Of a stretch of DNA of 64,000 nucleotides, positions 1 through 10,512 are shown one piece after another. The notes under the pieces are model-generated. The model worked only from the letters and a program-made list of their open reading frames with translations, made no database searches and was not told the DNA's origin. The position numbers and the translations under genes were made by a program. The stretch spans positions 2,944,001 through 3,008,000 of the forward strand of contig OZ241875.1 in NCBI GenBank assembly GCA_965203325.1, read 5' to 3'. Position 1 is the first letter of the stretch, and every line of letters begins with the position of its first letter. This DNA comes from a bacterium (GTDB taxonomy: Bacteria > UBA8248).

Positions 1-1103
1 GCCGGCAGCAGCGTCATGGCGTAGACGAAAGAAAACAGCACGCCCAGCGCCACGAGATTGCCCAGGACGTGGAAGGGCGGCGAGTCCGACGTGTTCAGGC
101 TCAGGAAACCGATCACGGTCGTGAGCGAGGTCAGAAACACCGGCCAGGCGTTGCTCCGGAGCGATTCGGCGATCGACGCGTTCTTGTCGAGCCCGCGCCC
201 CATGCCAAACAGGGTGGCCGTGACGATGTGGACCGAGTTCGCGACGGAGATCGCCATGATGATGATCGGCACGCCGGAATTGGTGGGGCTGAACACCGCC
301 CCAATCCAGCCGGCGATCCCCAGCGTGTTTATCAGGATGAATACGATGGAGACGACGATGGCCAGCGTGCCCAGCACCGAGCGCAAAAGGAGCGCGGTCG
401 TGATGATGATCATGAGAAAGACGAGCGGCATGAGCGTTTCCAGCTCTTCTTTCGTCACGTCGGCGAAGGCGCGGTGCATGATGACGTCGCCGGTCAGGTA
501 AAAGGAGATGTCCGGGTATTTCGCGCGGGCCTTCTGGAGAACGCCGTTCAGATAATCGCTTATCTCGATCACCGCGGCGTCGAGGTCTTCGGGCAGGATG
601 AAAGTGATCGCCAGCCCGCCCACGCGTCCGTCATGAGAGACGAGGCGTCCGGCGATTTCCTTGGCGCCCAGCGCGATTTTCCGGATTCGCGCGACCTCCG
701 CTTCGCTCAGCGCGCTCGCGTCGTCGACGAGCGGCTCGACGATCAGGTCATCCCCCTCCGCGCGGCTGTGGTTGTAGTTGGTGAGGGAGTCGACGCGGCT
801 CGAATGAGGCGCCTTCCACCCGGCTTCGGTCAACTCCTCGAGCGCGCCGAGCGCCTCTTTGGTGAACACCGAACCGCCCTTGGGCGCGACGGCGATGAGC
901 GCGGTGTCGGACGTGGAGAAGGTTTTCTCCAGCGCCCGGAAGGCGGCGAACTGGGGGTTGTCTTCGCCGAACATGATGCGGTAGTCGTTCGTGGTCTTGA
1001 TGAAGCGCCCGCCCGCTCCCGTGATGAGCAGGATCACGACGGCCAGCGCGACGACCAGCCACCGCCGGCTCAGAACGGCGTCGATATAGCGATCCAGTTG
1101 CAC
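1..1103 (-). CDS. MMPL/RND family transporter permease, 3'-truncated by window edge
   Basis: Read manually, not in the ORF track. GTG at 1103 gives MQLDRYIDAVLSRRWLVV...TNDYRIMFGEDNPQF, colinear with the 762-aa paralog at 2715-5003, and the frame stays open to base 1. Confidence 0.85.
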   Translation of the reverse strand, partial: MQLDRYIDAVLSRRWLVVALAVVILLITGAGGRFIKTTNDYRIMFGEDNPQFAAFRALEKTFSTSDTALIAVAPKGGSVFTKEALGALEELTEAGWKAPHSSRVDSLTNYNHSRAEGDDLIVEPLVDDASALSEAEVARIRKIALGAKEIAGRLVSHDGRVGGLAITFILPEDLDAAVIEISDYLNGVLQKARAKYPDISFYLTGDVIMHRAFADVTKEELETLMPLVFLMIIITTALLLRSVLGTLAIVVSIVFILINTLGIAGWIGAVFSPTNSGVPIIIMAISVANSVHIVTATLFGMGRGLDKNASIAESLRSNAWPVFLTSLTTVIGFLSLNTSDSPPFHVLGNLVALGVLFSFVYAMTLLP

Positions 1104-1181
1104 GGGGGTTATCGCTTCATCGTCACGGGCCGGGCGCGGCTGCGGGCTGGTTTTTCTGTGTGCGCCGAATCACCGGGTCTC

Positions 1182-2345
1182 TTACCATTTGCTTGATTCC
1201 GACGCTTTGACGCGGTCGGGCATCCGGTAGCTGATTCCACCCTCGTCGTACACGGAAATCTGCAAAAGCTGCGAAAAATTCTGGGATTTGACGAGCTGTT
1301 TGCTGTTCAAGAATCGCAGGACGCGTTGTTTTATCCGGAAACTGTAGAGCGTAATCATCGTGTTGAGGCGGGAGTGCTTCGGATACCCGAACTGCTCCGC
1401 GAGTTCCTGGCCTATCAGCGCTCTCGAAAGGCGGTAGGCCAGATCCGTCAAATCTTCTTGCTCCTTCGGGTCCGTCACGCCGGCGACCGGCGCGATGGCC
1501 TTGATCAGCGCGTTCGACATGGCCACCGAATCTTCGCCGGGCGGCGGTTCGCACATGTAGGCGATGTTGTGTTTTCTCTCTGCATCCGCGCCGTCGGTGT
1601 AGAGGATGGTCTCGGGTATCCCCATGAGGTAGCCCGCGTAGCGCCAGACGGCGAGAACGCTCTCTTGTTCCTCGATGCTGAAGCTCGTCCCGACGAGTTT
1701 CGAGTATCTGAGCAGTTGCATCGAGAAGATGGCGATGGCCAGGCCCAGGTTCGCCGCGCTCAGCGGCGCGCCCCAGGTTTCCTGATCCCAGTTGCCTGAT
1801 TTCGTCAGCAGTTGCCTGATGCGCGCGTGCACGAACCGGACGCGCATGGAGAGTTTCCAGCCGTCGCCGTTTCTGTGCAGGCCGCCGGGATAGAATATCT
1901 CCATCAACTGGCGGTTGTTCTGCATGAGGCGCCTGGGGGTCGCCGCCACCCGCCCGGTCGTGTTGAAGGACTTGGCGATGAGCGTCGAAAAGCCCTCCAC
2001 CAGCACCCCCGTCACGAATGCGACGAGCATGAGGTCGACGTTTACGTTGAAGCAGCGGATCCCCGGTTTGAACGCTTCGTGGTCGAGCCAGGAAGGCTCT
2101 TCGAAATTCCAGAAGAAATCGCGCAGGGGTTGCGGCGCTTCCTGCAGAACACGGTCATGCCCTTCGATGCCGGCCTCGATGAACGCGTGCAGGTCATAGA
2201 CCGGGATGGAAGATATCTCCTCCATGATCGGGTCGAGAACGGGATCGCCGATGGTAGTGTGCCGGATGTAGAGGTCCGCCAGTTCCTGATCGTGAAGATG
2301 AGCCTTTCGCTCGTAGCCTTCAACGTAGGCGGATGGTATTTGCAT
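1182..2345 (-). CDS. MpaB/Lcp-like (DUF2236) oxygenase
   Basis: Motifs RVRFVHARIR, WGAPLS and WRYAGYLMGIPE. A GAGGAG RBS precedes ATG 2345 (ORF track starts at 2372). Confidence 0.8.
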   Translation of the reverse strand: MQIPSAYVEGYERKAHLHDQELADLYIRHTTIGDPVLDPIMEEISSIPVYDLHAFIEAGIEGHDRVLQEAPQPLRDFFWNFEEPSWLDHEAFKPGIRCFNVNVDLMLVAFVTGVLVEGFSTLIAKSFNTTGRVAATPRRLMQNNRQLMEIFYPGGLHRNGDGWKLSMRVRFVHARIRQLLTKSGNWDQETWGAPLSAANLGLAIAIFSMQLLRYSKLVGTSFSIEEQESVLAVWRYAGYLMGIPETILYTDGADAERKHNIAYMCEPPPGEDSVAMSNALIKAIAPVAGVTDPKEQEDLTDLAYRLSRALIGQELAEQFGYPKHSRLNTMITLYSFRIKQRVLRFLNSKQLVKSQNFSQLLQISVYDEGGISYRMPDRVKASESSKW

Positions 2346-2587
2346 CGCCGTAAGGTCTCCTCGAAAGTTCATTCAGCGGTTCTAGGAATTTCCGGTGAGA
2401 CGAAGAATGAATCCATCTTTGTAGAAAGCATGTCCGTCTACCCGTTGAGTCCTGCGAAAACAACGCAGCAAGTAAACTTTCGGAAAAATCGTTCAAACCC
2501 TCTCTCAAATGCCTATCTGCAACACTTTGTTTCAATTTCCTTTATGGTTTTTCACAATTTCTTGAATATACTGTCAAAACCATTCAT

Positions 2588-2668
2588 TGCGCAAGAGATA
2601 TTTCAGCTGATTCAGAGTGCGCTTTCTGAGCCTTTATTTGCTTCAAATCCCTCGGGCGGAGATTCACT
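2588..2668. repeat. Degenerate direct copy of the livF 3' end and downstream flank (5219-5302)
   Basis: ttgcgcaagagatatttcagctgattcagag vs ttgtgcgagggttttttcagccgattccgag, 24/31 identical, with similarity continuing about 50 nt (tttctga, tttgc, gattca). Confidence 0.6.
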
Positions 2669-2714
2669 CGCAATCTCGAACCCTTTGTCTCTCGCGTGAG
2701 ATGGAAGCACTGCG

Positions 2715-5003
2715 TTATTTCTTCCGGTCGAGAGCCATCAGCAGGGTCGGCAGAAGCAGGAAATCGGCCAGGAGCGCGAAGACGAGCGTGATCGCGACCA
2801 TCAGGCCGAGCGTCTTGCTGCCATGGAATCCCGATGTGGCGAACACCAGGAAGCTCAGCGACAAAACCGCCGTCGTCGTCCATAGCGCCTGACCCACGAT
2901 TCGAAAGGCGGCGCGCACGGCCTCGGGCGCGGGGAGGCCCATCCGGCGGGCTTTCAGATATCGGCTCATAAAGTGGACCGTATCGTCCACGATGATCCCG
3001 AACGCGATGGCGGTCATCAACGAGCCGGCAAAGTCCACCTGGCCGACCAGGTAGCCCCACAGGCCGAAGGTCATGGCGGCGGGGATGAAGTTGGGCACGA
3101 GGCTGATGAGGCCCAGCCGAACGCTTTTGAAAACCCAGATCAGGAGTAAAGAGATAATCAGCATGGCGATGATCGTGCCGCGCAGCATGCTGTGGATGTT
3201 GCGTAGTGAAAGATGCGCGAAGATCATGGTGATGCCCGACGCTTCGGTCGCAAACTCGGGTATGTTGGCGCGGAGCCAGGCTTTGGCGCGCTCGTCGAGT
3301 TCGCGCTGGTCCCTGGAGGAGCGGTTGCGAACCATGACGCTCATTCGCGTCGTGGACTTGGCGACGTCGATGCGGTCGTTCAAGTCCATGCCGAAGGGGA
3401 GCGATAACTCATAGAGCAGGAGATATTGTGCGGCGAGCTTGGGATCCTGAGGGAGCTTGTAGAAAGCCGGGTCGTTACCGTGCAAGTTCTTGTTCAAACG
3501 CTTCATGATGTCCGAAAAAGCCTGGACGTGGCTCACTTCCGGCTGGGCGCGGTACCATTCGGCGAAAGTCTCGACTTTTTTCAGGTATTCGGGATCGGTG
3601 ATGCCGCCTTCGCGCCCCGCTTTCAGTGCGTATTCTAGGAAGTTCATGCTGTTCAGGTTATCAAAGATGAAATCCGAATCGCGCCGGAACCGGTAGCGCT
3701 CGTCGAAATAGTGCGCCCATCTGTCGGTCAACTCGTTGCGGGGAATGCCTGTGATGAGAACAGCCGTCAGAACAGCGACGAAACAGAGCAGAAACGCGTG
3801 GCGCTTGACCACGAAAGCGCCGAAGCGGACGAAAAAAGGGGGTTTGCCGGAGGGTATTCTGCGCGCGCGCAACGGTAGAATCGAGAGGACGGCCGGCAGC
3901 AGGGTCATCGAGTAGACGAAGGCCCAGAGCACGCCGAGCGCCACGAGATTTCCCAGAATACGGGCGGGAGGCGAATCCGAGGAGTTCAGACTCAGGAATC
4001 CGATTGCGGTCGTGATCGAGGTCAGAAACACCGGCCAGGCGTTGGTCCGAAGCGATTCGGCAACCGCCTTGTCCTTGTCCAGCCCATGGCCCATGCCTAG
4101 CAGGGTGGTCGTGATGATGTGGATCGAGTGGGCGACGCATGTCGCCATGACGATGGTCGGTACGCCGGCATTGACGGGACTGAACACCGTGCCGAGCCAG
4201 CCCGCAATCCCCATCGTGTTGAAGATGACGAACCCGATCACGACAATGATGGAAAACGTGCCGAGAAACGAGCGCAGGAGAAGTGTGCTGATGACGACGA
4301 TCATGATGAACACGATTGGAGCCAGGAAGACGAAATCATTGTAAGTCGCCACGGAGAAAGTGCGGTTACTGATCACGTCGCCGCTCAGATAATAGGCGAT
4401 CTCCGGGTATCTCGGACCGGCTTTCTTCAACAGAGCGTTCAGATAGTCGTTTATCGAGACTACCGCAGCGTCCATGTCGTCGGGCAGGACGAAAGTGATC
4501 ACCAGCCCGGCCACATGCCCCTTCCGGGAGACGAGACGACCGGGCAGATCGCGCGACTCGAGGGCGATTTTCCTGATTCGCGCGAGATCGGCATTGCTCA
4601 GCGAGCGCGCGTCATCGACGAGCGGCTCGACGATCAGTTCATCTCCCTGCGCCCGGCTATGGAGATAGTTCGTAAGGGAGTCGACTCGTCTGGAGTGGGG
4701 TGTTCGCCAAGCGGCTTCCGTCAATTCCTCGAGCGCGCCGAGCGCTTCGCGGGTGAAAACCGAACCTCCCCGGGGCGCGATGGCGATGAAAGCCATGTTG
4801 GATGTGGAAAAAATGTTCTCGAGCGCCTTGAAATCGGCGTACTGTGGATTCTCTTCGCTGAACATGATGCGGTAGTCGTTCGTGACGCCGATGAGGCGCG
4901 ACCCCGCTCCCGTGATCAGCGTGAGCAATGTGGCGAGTGTGACCACCAGCCACCGGTATCGAAGAATCACCTCGATATAACGGTCGAGTAGTAGAGATAT
5001 CAT
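2715..5003 (-). CDS. MMPL/RND family transporter permease
   Basis: 762 aa with two MMPL halves; TSITTAIGFLSL and GIIVDDTVHF motifs. Confidence 0.9.
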   Translation of the reverse strand: MISLLLDRYIEVILRYRWLVVTLATLLTLITGAGSRLIGVTNDYRIMFSEENPQYADFKALENIFSTSNMAFIAIAPRGGSVFTREALGALEELTEAAWRTPHSRRVDSLTNYLHSRAQGDELIVEPLVDDARSLSNADLARIRKIALESRDLPGRLVSRKGHVAGLVITFVLPDDMDAAVVSINDYLNALLKKAGPRYPEIAYYLSGDVISNRTFSVATYNDFVFLAPIVFIMIVVISTLLLRSFLGTFSIIVVIGFVIFNTMGIAGWLGTVFSPVNAGVPTIVMATCVAHSIHIITTTLLGMGHGLDKDKAVAESLRTNAWPVFLTSITTAIGFLSLNSSDSPPARILGNLVALGVLWAFVYSMTLLPAVLSILPLRARRIPSGKPPFFVRFGAFVVKRHAFLLCFVAVLTAVLITGIPRNELTDRWAHYFDERYRFRRDSDFIFDNLNSMNFLEYALKAGREGGITDPEYLKKVETFAEWYRAQPEVSHVQAFSDIMKRLNKNLHGNDPAFYKLPQDPKLAAQYLLLYELSLPFGMDLNDRIDVAKSTTRMSVMVRNRSSRDQRELDERAKAWLRANIPEFATEASGITMIFAHLSLRNIHSMLRGTIIAMLIISLLLIWVFKSVRLGLISLVPNFIPAAMTFGLWGYLVGQVDFAGSLMTAIAFGIIVDDTVHFMSRYLKARRMGLPAPEAVRAAFRIVGQALWTTTAVLSLSFLVFATSGFHGSKTLGLMVAITLVFALLADFLLLPTLLMALDRKK

Positions 5004-5234
5004 CGTCCTGGCATCGCTGTCGGGTGTGGCGGCGGGTTTGTCGATTCAGGCCACGGCGCTGTCGTCGCGACCTGGTTTCTTCGGGTGGTGTGGAGAGGAG
5101 CACCAGGGTCGGAACTCATTTCCCTGTACGAAACCTGGAGAACCCTCCTTGGAAGGGTCTCTTCATTCGTTGCTCGGCTTCCACCACAACGACACGAGAA
5201 TACGATGAAAGGGTTCTGTTGTGCGAGGGTTTTT

Positions 5235-5945
<711 letters not shown>

Positions 5946-5946
5946 G

Positions 5947-6702
5947 TCACTCCGCCTTTCCGAGATAGATTTCCTGCACCTTGGGGTCGTTGCGGATATC
6001 TTCGCTGGGTCCTTCGGCGAGCACCTCGCCGTAGTGCAGAACGCTGATGTGGGAGACAACCTCGAATATCACGTCCAGATCGTGTTCGATCAGAAGAATG
6101 GCGATTCCGGGGTCGAGTGATTTCAGGAAATCGGCCATCTCGTGGGATTCGCCCGTGGCCAGGCCGGCGGAGGGTTCGTCGAGGAGCAACACTTTGGGGT
6201 CGCTCGCCAGAGCCAGGACGATCTCGAGTTGGCGCTGCTCACCGTGGGAGAGGTTGCGGACTTCCTGATCCCTCAAGTGCCAGAAGTTCACGTCGGTGAG
6301 CAGTTTTTCGGCTTTTTCGTACACGTCCTTGTATTTGTAGAGGGGTTTGAGCATCATCATCTTCATCTTCCGCAATCCCTGCACGGCGAGAAGGACGTTT
6401 TCGAGCACAGTGAGCTTGGGAAACAGGCTGGTGATCTGAAAGGTGCGCGCCATCCCCAAAGCCACGCGCTTATGTGTTGGCCACCCCGAGACGTCCTGCC
6501 CGAAAAGGCGGATGCGGCCCGAGGTGAGCGGAAGCACGCCCGTTATCAGGTGAAAGAGCGTGGTCTTCCCGGCTCCGTTCGGCCCCAGGATTCCCCGCCG
6601 TTCGCCGAGGTTCAGGCGCAGGTTCACGTCCTCGACGGCGTGCAGGCCGCCGAAATGCTTCGTGACGCTCTCCAGCTCCAGCCCTTGTTGCCCGTTCTCC
6701 AA
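5947..6702 (-). CDS. livG: Branched-chain amino acid-type ABC transporter ATPase
   Basis: GPNGAGKT, ARTFQ, LSHGEQRQLE, LLDEP, IEHD, VQEIYLG. Confidence 0.9.
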   Translation of the reverse strand: MENGQQGLELESVTKHFGGLHAVEDVNLRLNLGERRGILGPNGAGKTTLFHLITGVLPLTSGRIRLFGQDVSGWPTHKRVALGMARTFQITSLFPKLTVLENVLLAVQGLRKMKMMMLKPLYKYKDVYEKAEKLLTDVNFWHLRDQEVRNLSHGEQRQLEIVLALASDPKVLLLDEPSAGLATGESHEMADFLKSLDPGIAILLIEHDLDVIFEVVSHISVLHYGEVLAEGPSEDIRNDPKVQEIYLGKAE

Positions 6703-6781
6703 AACCTGGTTGCTCCTATAGGAAGCCCGGCGCGAATCCGCCGCCCGGGCGGTGAAGCCCGGACGGCGGGAAAATTCGCTC

Positions 6782-8035
6782 TTACTTACAATGCGGGCAC
6801 GGCGGGTACTTCTTGCTGTACACGGGTTGTTTCAGGAATTCCTTCGCCGGCCACTTCCAGAACTGACCCACCGCGGGGTAGGTCTTTATCACGAGGTTCC
6901 AGAGCGAGTCCGACTTCACGCCCAGACCCAGGCGGTCGCCCTTCACGCGCGTCACCCGACGGATGTAGCTGTTGTGCACCGGGTTTCCGTAAGCGTCCAG
7001 ATACACCGGCCCCCTGATGGCGTTGATGCGGATGGTCTTGAACGCCTCGAGGAACGCATCGGTGTTGTCCGGCTTGTAGCCGATCTTCTTGAGCGTGAGG
7101 TCCACCCACTGACCCGTGGTGTAGCAGGACTCCGAGTAGTAGGAGGCCATCTTCCCGTAGCGCTGCTGATACTCCTTGACGAACGCCTTATTCTTGTCCG
7201 TCGTGAGAGCGGCGCTGTACTGCGAGGCCGTCACGTAGCCGAGCGCTTCATCGCCCATGCTGGGCAGGATGAACTCGTCCGCGCTCGTCACGCCGCCGAG
7301 CATCGGCATCTTGAAGCCCGCTGCGCGGAACTGCTTCGGGAAGGCCAGGGACATGGGGCCGACCATCAGGGTGAAGATGGCGTCGGCGTCCTTGGGGATC
7401 TGCGGCAGATAGGGACCGAAGTCCTTCGTGCCGAGCTTCGCCCAGATCTTCTTGACGATCTTGCCGCCGCGCGCCTCGAAGGCCTTGTGGAAGCCGCCCA
7501 CCGTCTCGTAGCCGAACGCGTAATCCGCGCCGATGGTGACCACGTTGCGGTAGCCCTGGTCGTAGGCCCACTCGGCGAGCGGATGGCTGTTCTGGCTGCT
7601 CGTGAAGCCGCTGCGCAGGAAGTGTTTGAAGAGCTTGCGCTGGGTGAGGTCGTCCGCCGCCGGCACGGGCGAGATGTAGGGCACCTTGAAGCGGTTGGAC
7701 ACCGGCGCGAGCGCATATCCGGTGCTGGCGAGCAGGCCGCCGATGAACATGTGCACCTTGTCGCGCTTGATGAGCTTGAGCGCCTTGCGCACGTTCACGG
7801 CCGGCTTGCCGGTCGAGTCCTCGAGGATGAACTTGACGTCCAGGGGACCCATCTTGTTCTTCGTGTGCGCTAGGTACATCTTGAAGCCGTTGCTCATGTC
7901 CTTGCCGATCTGGGCGAAGATGCCCGTCATCGGCGCGATGAACCCGATGCGCACCTCGGCGGCCTGTGCGCCGCCGGTTCCGGCGGCGAAGGCGATGCCG
8001 AGCGCTGCGATGATGGTGATCAGTTTTCGTTTCAT
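6782..8035 (-). CDS. ABC transporter substrate-binding protein, LivK/Peripla_BP_6 family
   Basis: Signal peptide MKRKLITIIAALGIAFAAG after a GAGGGAGG RBS; IGFIAPMTG and ADYAFGYE motifs. Confidence 0.9.
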   Translation of the reverse strand: MKRKLITIIAALGIAFAAGTGGAQAAEVRIGFIAPMTGIFAQIGKDMSNGFKMYLAHTKNKMGPLDVKFILEDSTGKPAVNVRKALKLIKRDKVHMFIGGLLASTGYALAPVSNRFKVPYISPVPAADDLTQRKLFKHFLRSGFTSSQNSHPLAEWAYDQGYRNVVTIGADYAFGYETVGGFHKAFEARGGKIVKKIWAKLGTKDFGPYLPQIPKDADAIFTLMVGPMSLAFPKQFRAAGFKMPMLGGVTSADEFILPSMGDEALGYVTASQYSAALTTDKNKAFVKEYQQRYGKMASYYSESCYTTGQWVDLTLKKIGYKPDNTDAFLEAFKTIRINAIRGPVYLDAYGNPVHNSYIRRVTRVKGDRLGLGVKSDSLWNLVIKTYPAVGQFWKWPAKEFLKQPVYSKKYPPCPHCK

Positions 8036-8088
8036 CTTTTTTCCTCCCTCGTTTCGTCTCGACGAAGAGACGCGGTGCCGCGCCGTCC

Positions 8089-9114
8089 TCAACCCTCCGG
8101 GGTTTCAGGCGAAGCGGCGGGTTTTCGAAACTTGCCGAATAATCCGAGTATTCCCTCGACGCCGTAGAGGCGTCCCAACATGATGGTGATGATGTAGATG
8201 GCGCCCAGAATCAGCGGCCATCGTTCCACGTAGATGCTGATGAACTGCTGCAGCGACCGGATGATGGCCGAGCCGATCACCGGGCCGACCAGCGTGGCGG
8301 GGCCGCCCAGCGCCACCATGAAAAGCGCCTCGGCCGAGGTGATGAGTTCGATGTCCGGCGGACTCACGAAAAGGTTGAACAGTGTCCACAAGACGCCCGA
8401 GACGCCGCTGAAAACGCCTGCGATGATGAAAGCGAGGTATTTGTGGAGCCAGATGTTGTAGCCGAGCATCTGCATGCGCTCCTCGCGCTCCCTGATGCCG
8501 ACCAGCGTTTTCCCGAAGGGGCTTCTCACGAACATGTACATCAACCCCAGGCAGATGAGGAACACCGCGAGCGTGAAGTAGAAGAACGGAATTTCCGATT
8601 CGAGCGATATGCCGAACAGGGACGGTCTCCCCAGCACGTTGATTCCGTTGTCCCCTTCGGTCACGGCGCTCCAGCGATACGCCAGGCCCCAGATGACCAT
8701 GGCGAGCGAGAGGGTGATCATCAGGAAGTACACCCCCACGGCGCGGATGGCCAGAAAACCGAAGAACGCGGCGAAGGCCAGCGCCACGACGAGCCCGAAG
8801 ATGAAGATGTAGAATAGGCCCAGCCCCAGCGAATCCGCCCACTGGAAGGCGGCGAAGGTCCACGTCCAGTCTTCTTTCGTCATGATGATGGCCGTGGTGT
8901 ATGAGGCGACGCCGAAATAGGCGGCGTGCCCCAAGGAGGCCAGTCCGGTGAACCCCAGCAGGAGGTCCAGGCTCATCGCCAGGATTCCGAATACCAGGAT
9001 CTCCGTCACCAGGCTCTGCATGAAGAGGTCGAGAAACGGCGTGACGACGCCGAGAGCGACGAAAGCGCCCAGCACGATGAGCACCCTTCTTTTCTCCGCC
9101 AGGTTCTCCACCAT
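8089..9114 (-). CDS. livM: Branched-chain amino acid-type ABC permease
   Basis: SLDLLLGFTGLASLGHAAYFG, YFLMITL, RSPFG, LGGPATLVGPVIG. Confidence 0.9.
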   Translation of the reverse strand: MVENLAEKRRVLIVLGAFVALGVVTPFLDLFMQSLVTEILVFGILAMSLDLLLGFTGLASLGHAAYFGVASYTTAIIMTKEDWTWTFAAFQWADSLGLGLFYIFIFGLVVALAFAAFFGFLAIRAVGVYFLMITLSLAMVIWGLAYRWSAVTEGDNGINVLGRPSLFGISLESEIPFFYFTLAVFLICLGLMYMFVRSPFGKTLVGIREREERMQMLGYNIWLHKYLAFIIAGVFSGVSGVLWTLFNLFVSPPDIELITSAEALFMVALGGPATLVGPVIGSAIIRSLQQFISIYVERWPLILGAIYIITIMLGRLYGVEGILGLFGKFRKPAASPETPEG

Positions 9115-9117
9115 GGC

Positions 9118-10215
9118 TCAACCCTTTCCGAACAGGCCGGTCGGCTTGATCGCCAGAATGATGGCCATGGGCGCGAAGAGCGCGAAATAGGAGAGTTCGG
9201 GAAACAGCGCGGTCCCGAAGTTCTCGATGAAACCGACCACGATACTGCCGAGGACGGCGCCGCCCAGGCTGCCGAGCCCTCCGATGATCACCACGGCGAA
9301 CGCGTAGGGGAGGATCTCGAAATCGAGCCCCGGGTAGACGCCGAAGAATGCGCCCCCCACCACGCCGCCCGTGGCGGCCAGCAGCGCTCCGATGGCGAAT
9401 ATCGCCATTTGCACGACGTTGGTGTTGATGCCGATGCCGCGCGCCATTTCGGGGTCGTCCACCGCCGCGCGCATGATGGCGCCGAGGCGGGTGCGCTCTA
9501 TCCCCAGGAACAGAGCCGCGGCCACCACGACGGCGATGACGATCATGAAGGCGCGGTACTGGGGCAGCGAGAGGCCCCAGACGACAGCGCTGAAATTGAG
9601 GGGCCAGGGCTGTTTGAGCATGAAGTTGTCCCCGCCCCAGGTGTAGAGCGAGCCGTCTTGCAGGATAAACGCGAAGCCGATGGTCACCAGCACCTGGGAG
9701 AGAGTGTCCTGCCCGAGGCGGCGCAGGAAAAAGCGCTCGATGAACATTCCGCACAATGCCGCGATGGCGAGGGCGACGACGATGGCGGCCAACATGCCCG
9801 GGAAATTGATCCGGTCGACCGGTTTGACGGGAACGTGCGGGAAGAAGAGTTCGAAGAATCTGAAGCCCCATACCAGGCTGCACAAGGTTTCCAGTACGAC
9901 ATAGGCGAGAAGCAGTGCCAGCGCGGCGTGTCTGGGAGCGACGTACAAGTTGAGTCCCCGCCATGCGAAATAGAGCAGTGTCCACGAGACGAGCTGGATG
10001 ATTCGGGGCATCAGGCTCAGGGAGCCGAAAATGATGTTGTAGAATTCCAGGGCGAGATAGCCGGCGAAGAGGAAAAAAGCGGCGTGCGCGAGGTTCACGA
10101 TGCGCATCACGCCGAAGATGAGCGAGAGCCCGCTCGCCAGAAGAAACAGAATCGCGGCGTAGGAGAGGGAGTTAAAACTAAGAACGACAATGTTCGTGAA
10201 GCTCAGGGTGGTCAT
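9118..10215 (-). CDS. livH: Branched-chain amino acid-type ABC permease with internal hydrophobic insertion
   Basis: SGLSLIFGVMRIVNLAH, RTRLG...RAAVDD, VIIGGLGSLGGA. At 365 aa it is longer than typical. Confidence 0.88.
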   Translation of the reverse strand: MTTLSFTNIVVLSFNSLSYAAILFLLASGLSLIFGVMRIVNLAHAAFFLFAGYLALEFYNIIFGSLSLMPRIIQLVSWTLLYFAWRGLNLYVAPRHAALALLLAYVVLETLCSLVWGFRFFELFFPHVPVKPVDRINFPGMLAAIVVALAIAALCGMFIERFFLRRLGQDTLSQVLVTIGFAFILQDGSLYTWGGDNFMLKQPWPLNFSAVVWGLSLPQYRAFMIVIAVVVAAALFLGIERTRLGAIMRAAVDDPEMARGIGINTNVVQMAIFAIGALLAATGGVVGGAFFGVYPGLDFEILPYAFAVVIIGGLGSLGGAVLGSIVVGFIENFGTALFPELSYFALFAPMAIILAIKPTGLFGKG

Positions 10216-10512
10216 CCATGTCTCTCTTTTATCCGCAAAAGGCGCGCCTCAAAAACAAATCCCCCACTGCGCGTCGCCAAGTCGTAAATCCGCACGGAAA
10301 CACTCATGCTATATGATCCTGAGTCTTTCATTATGTTCCCGATTCGAGGTATGGGTCAAGTTGATGCGAAACGGGGTTTTTCCCGCTTTCTCCTTCTCCG
10401 GTGGCGAAAACCGGCGCGGAAAGATAGAGTTCGCAATATCTGAACTTCCCATTTTACGACTATGGGCGGTGCGCGTTTCGTTTCTGTTAGGGTGATATTT
10501 CATTCCGGTTAA

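Noticed and set aside
8105..9985. Long alternative-frame and antisense ORFs (e.g. 626 aa at 8105-9985, 521 aa at 20538-22103, 554 aa at 60664-62328)
   Set aside because: They are Arg/Gly/Pro-rich shadow frames of well-supported genes, as expected in GC-rich DNA.
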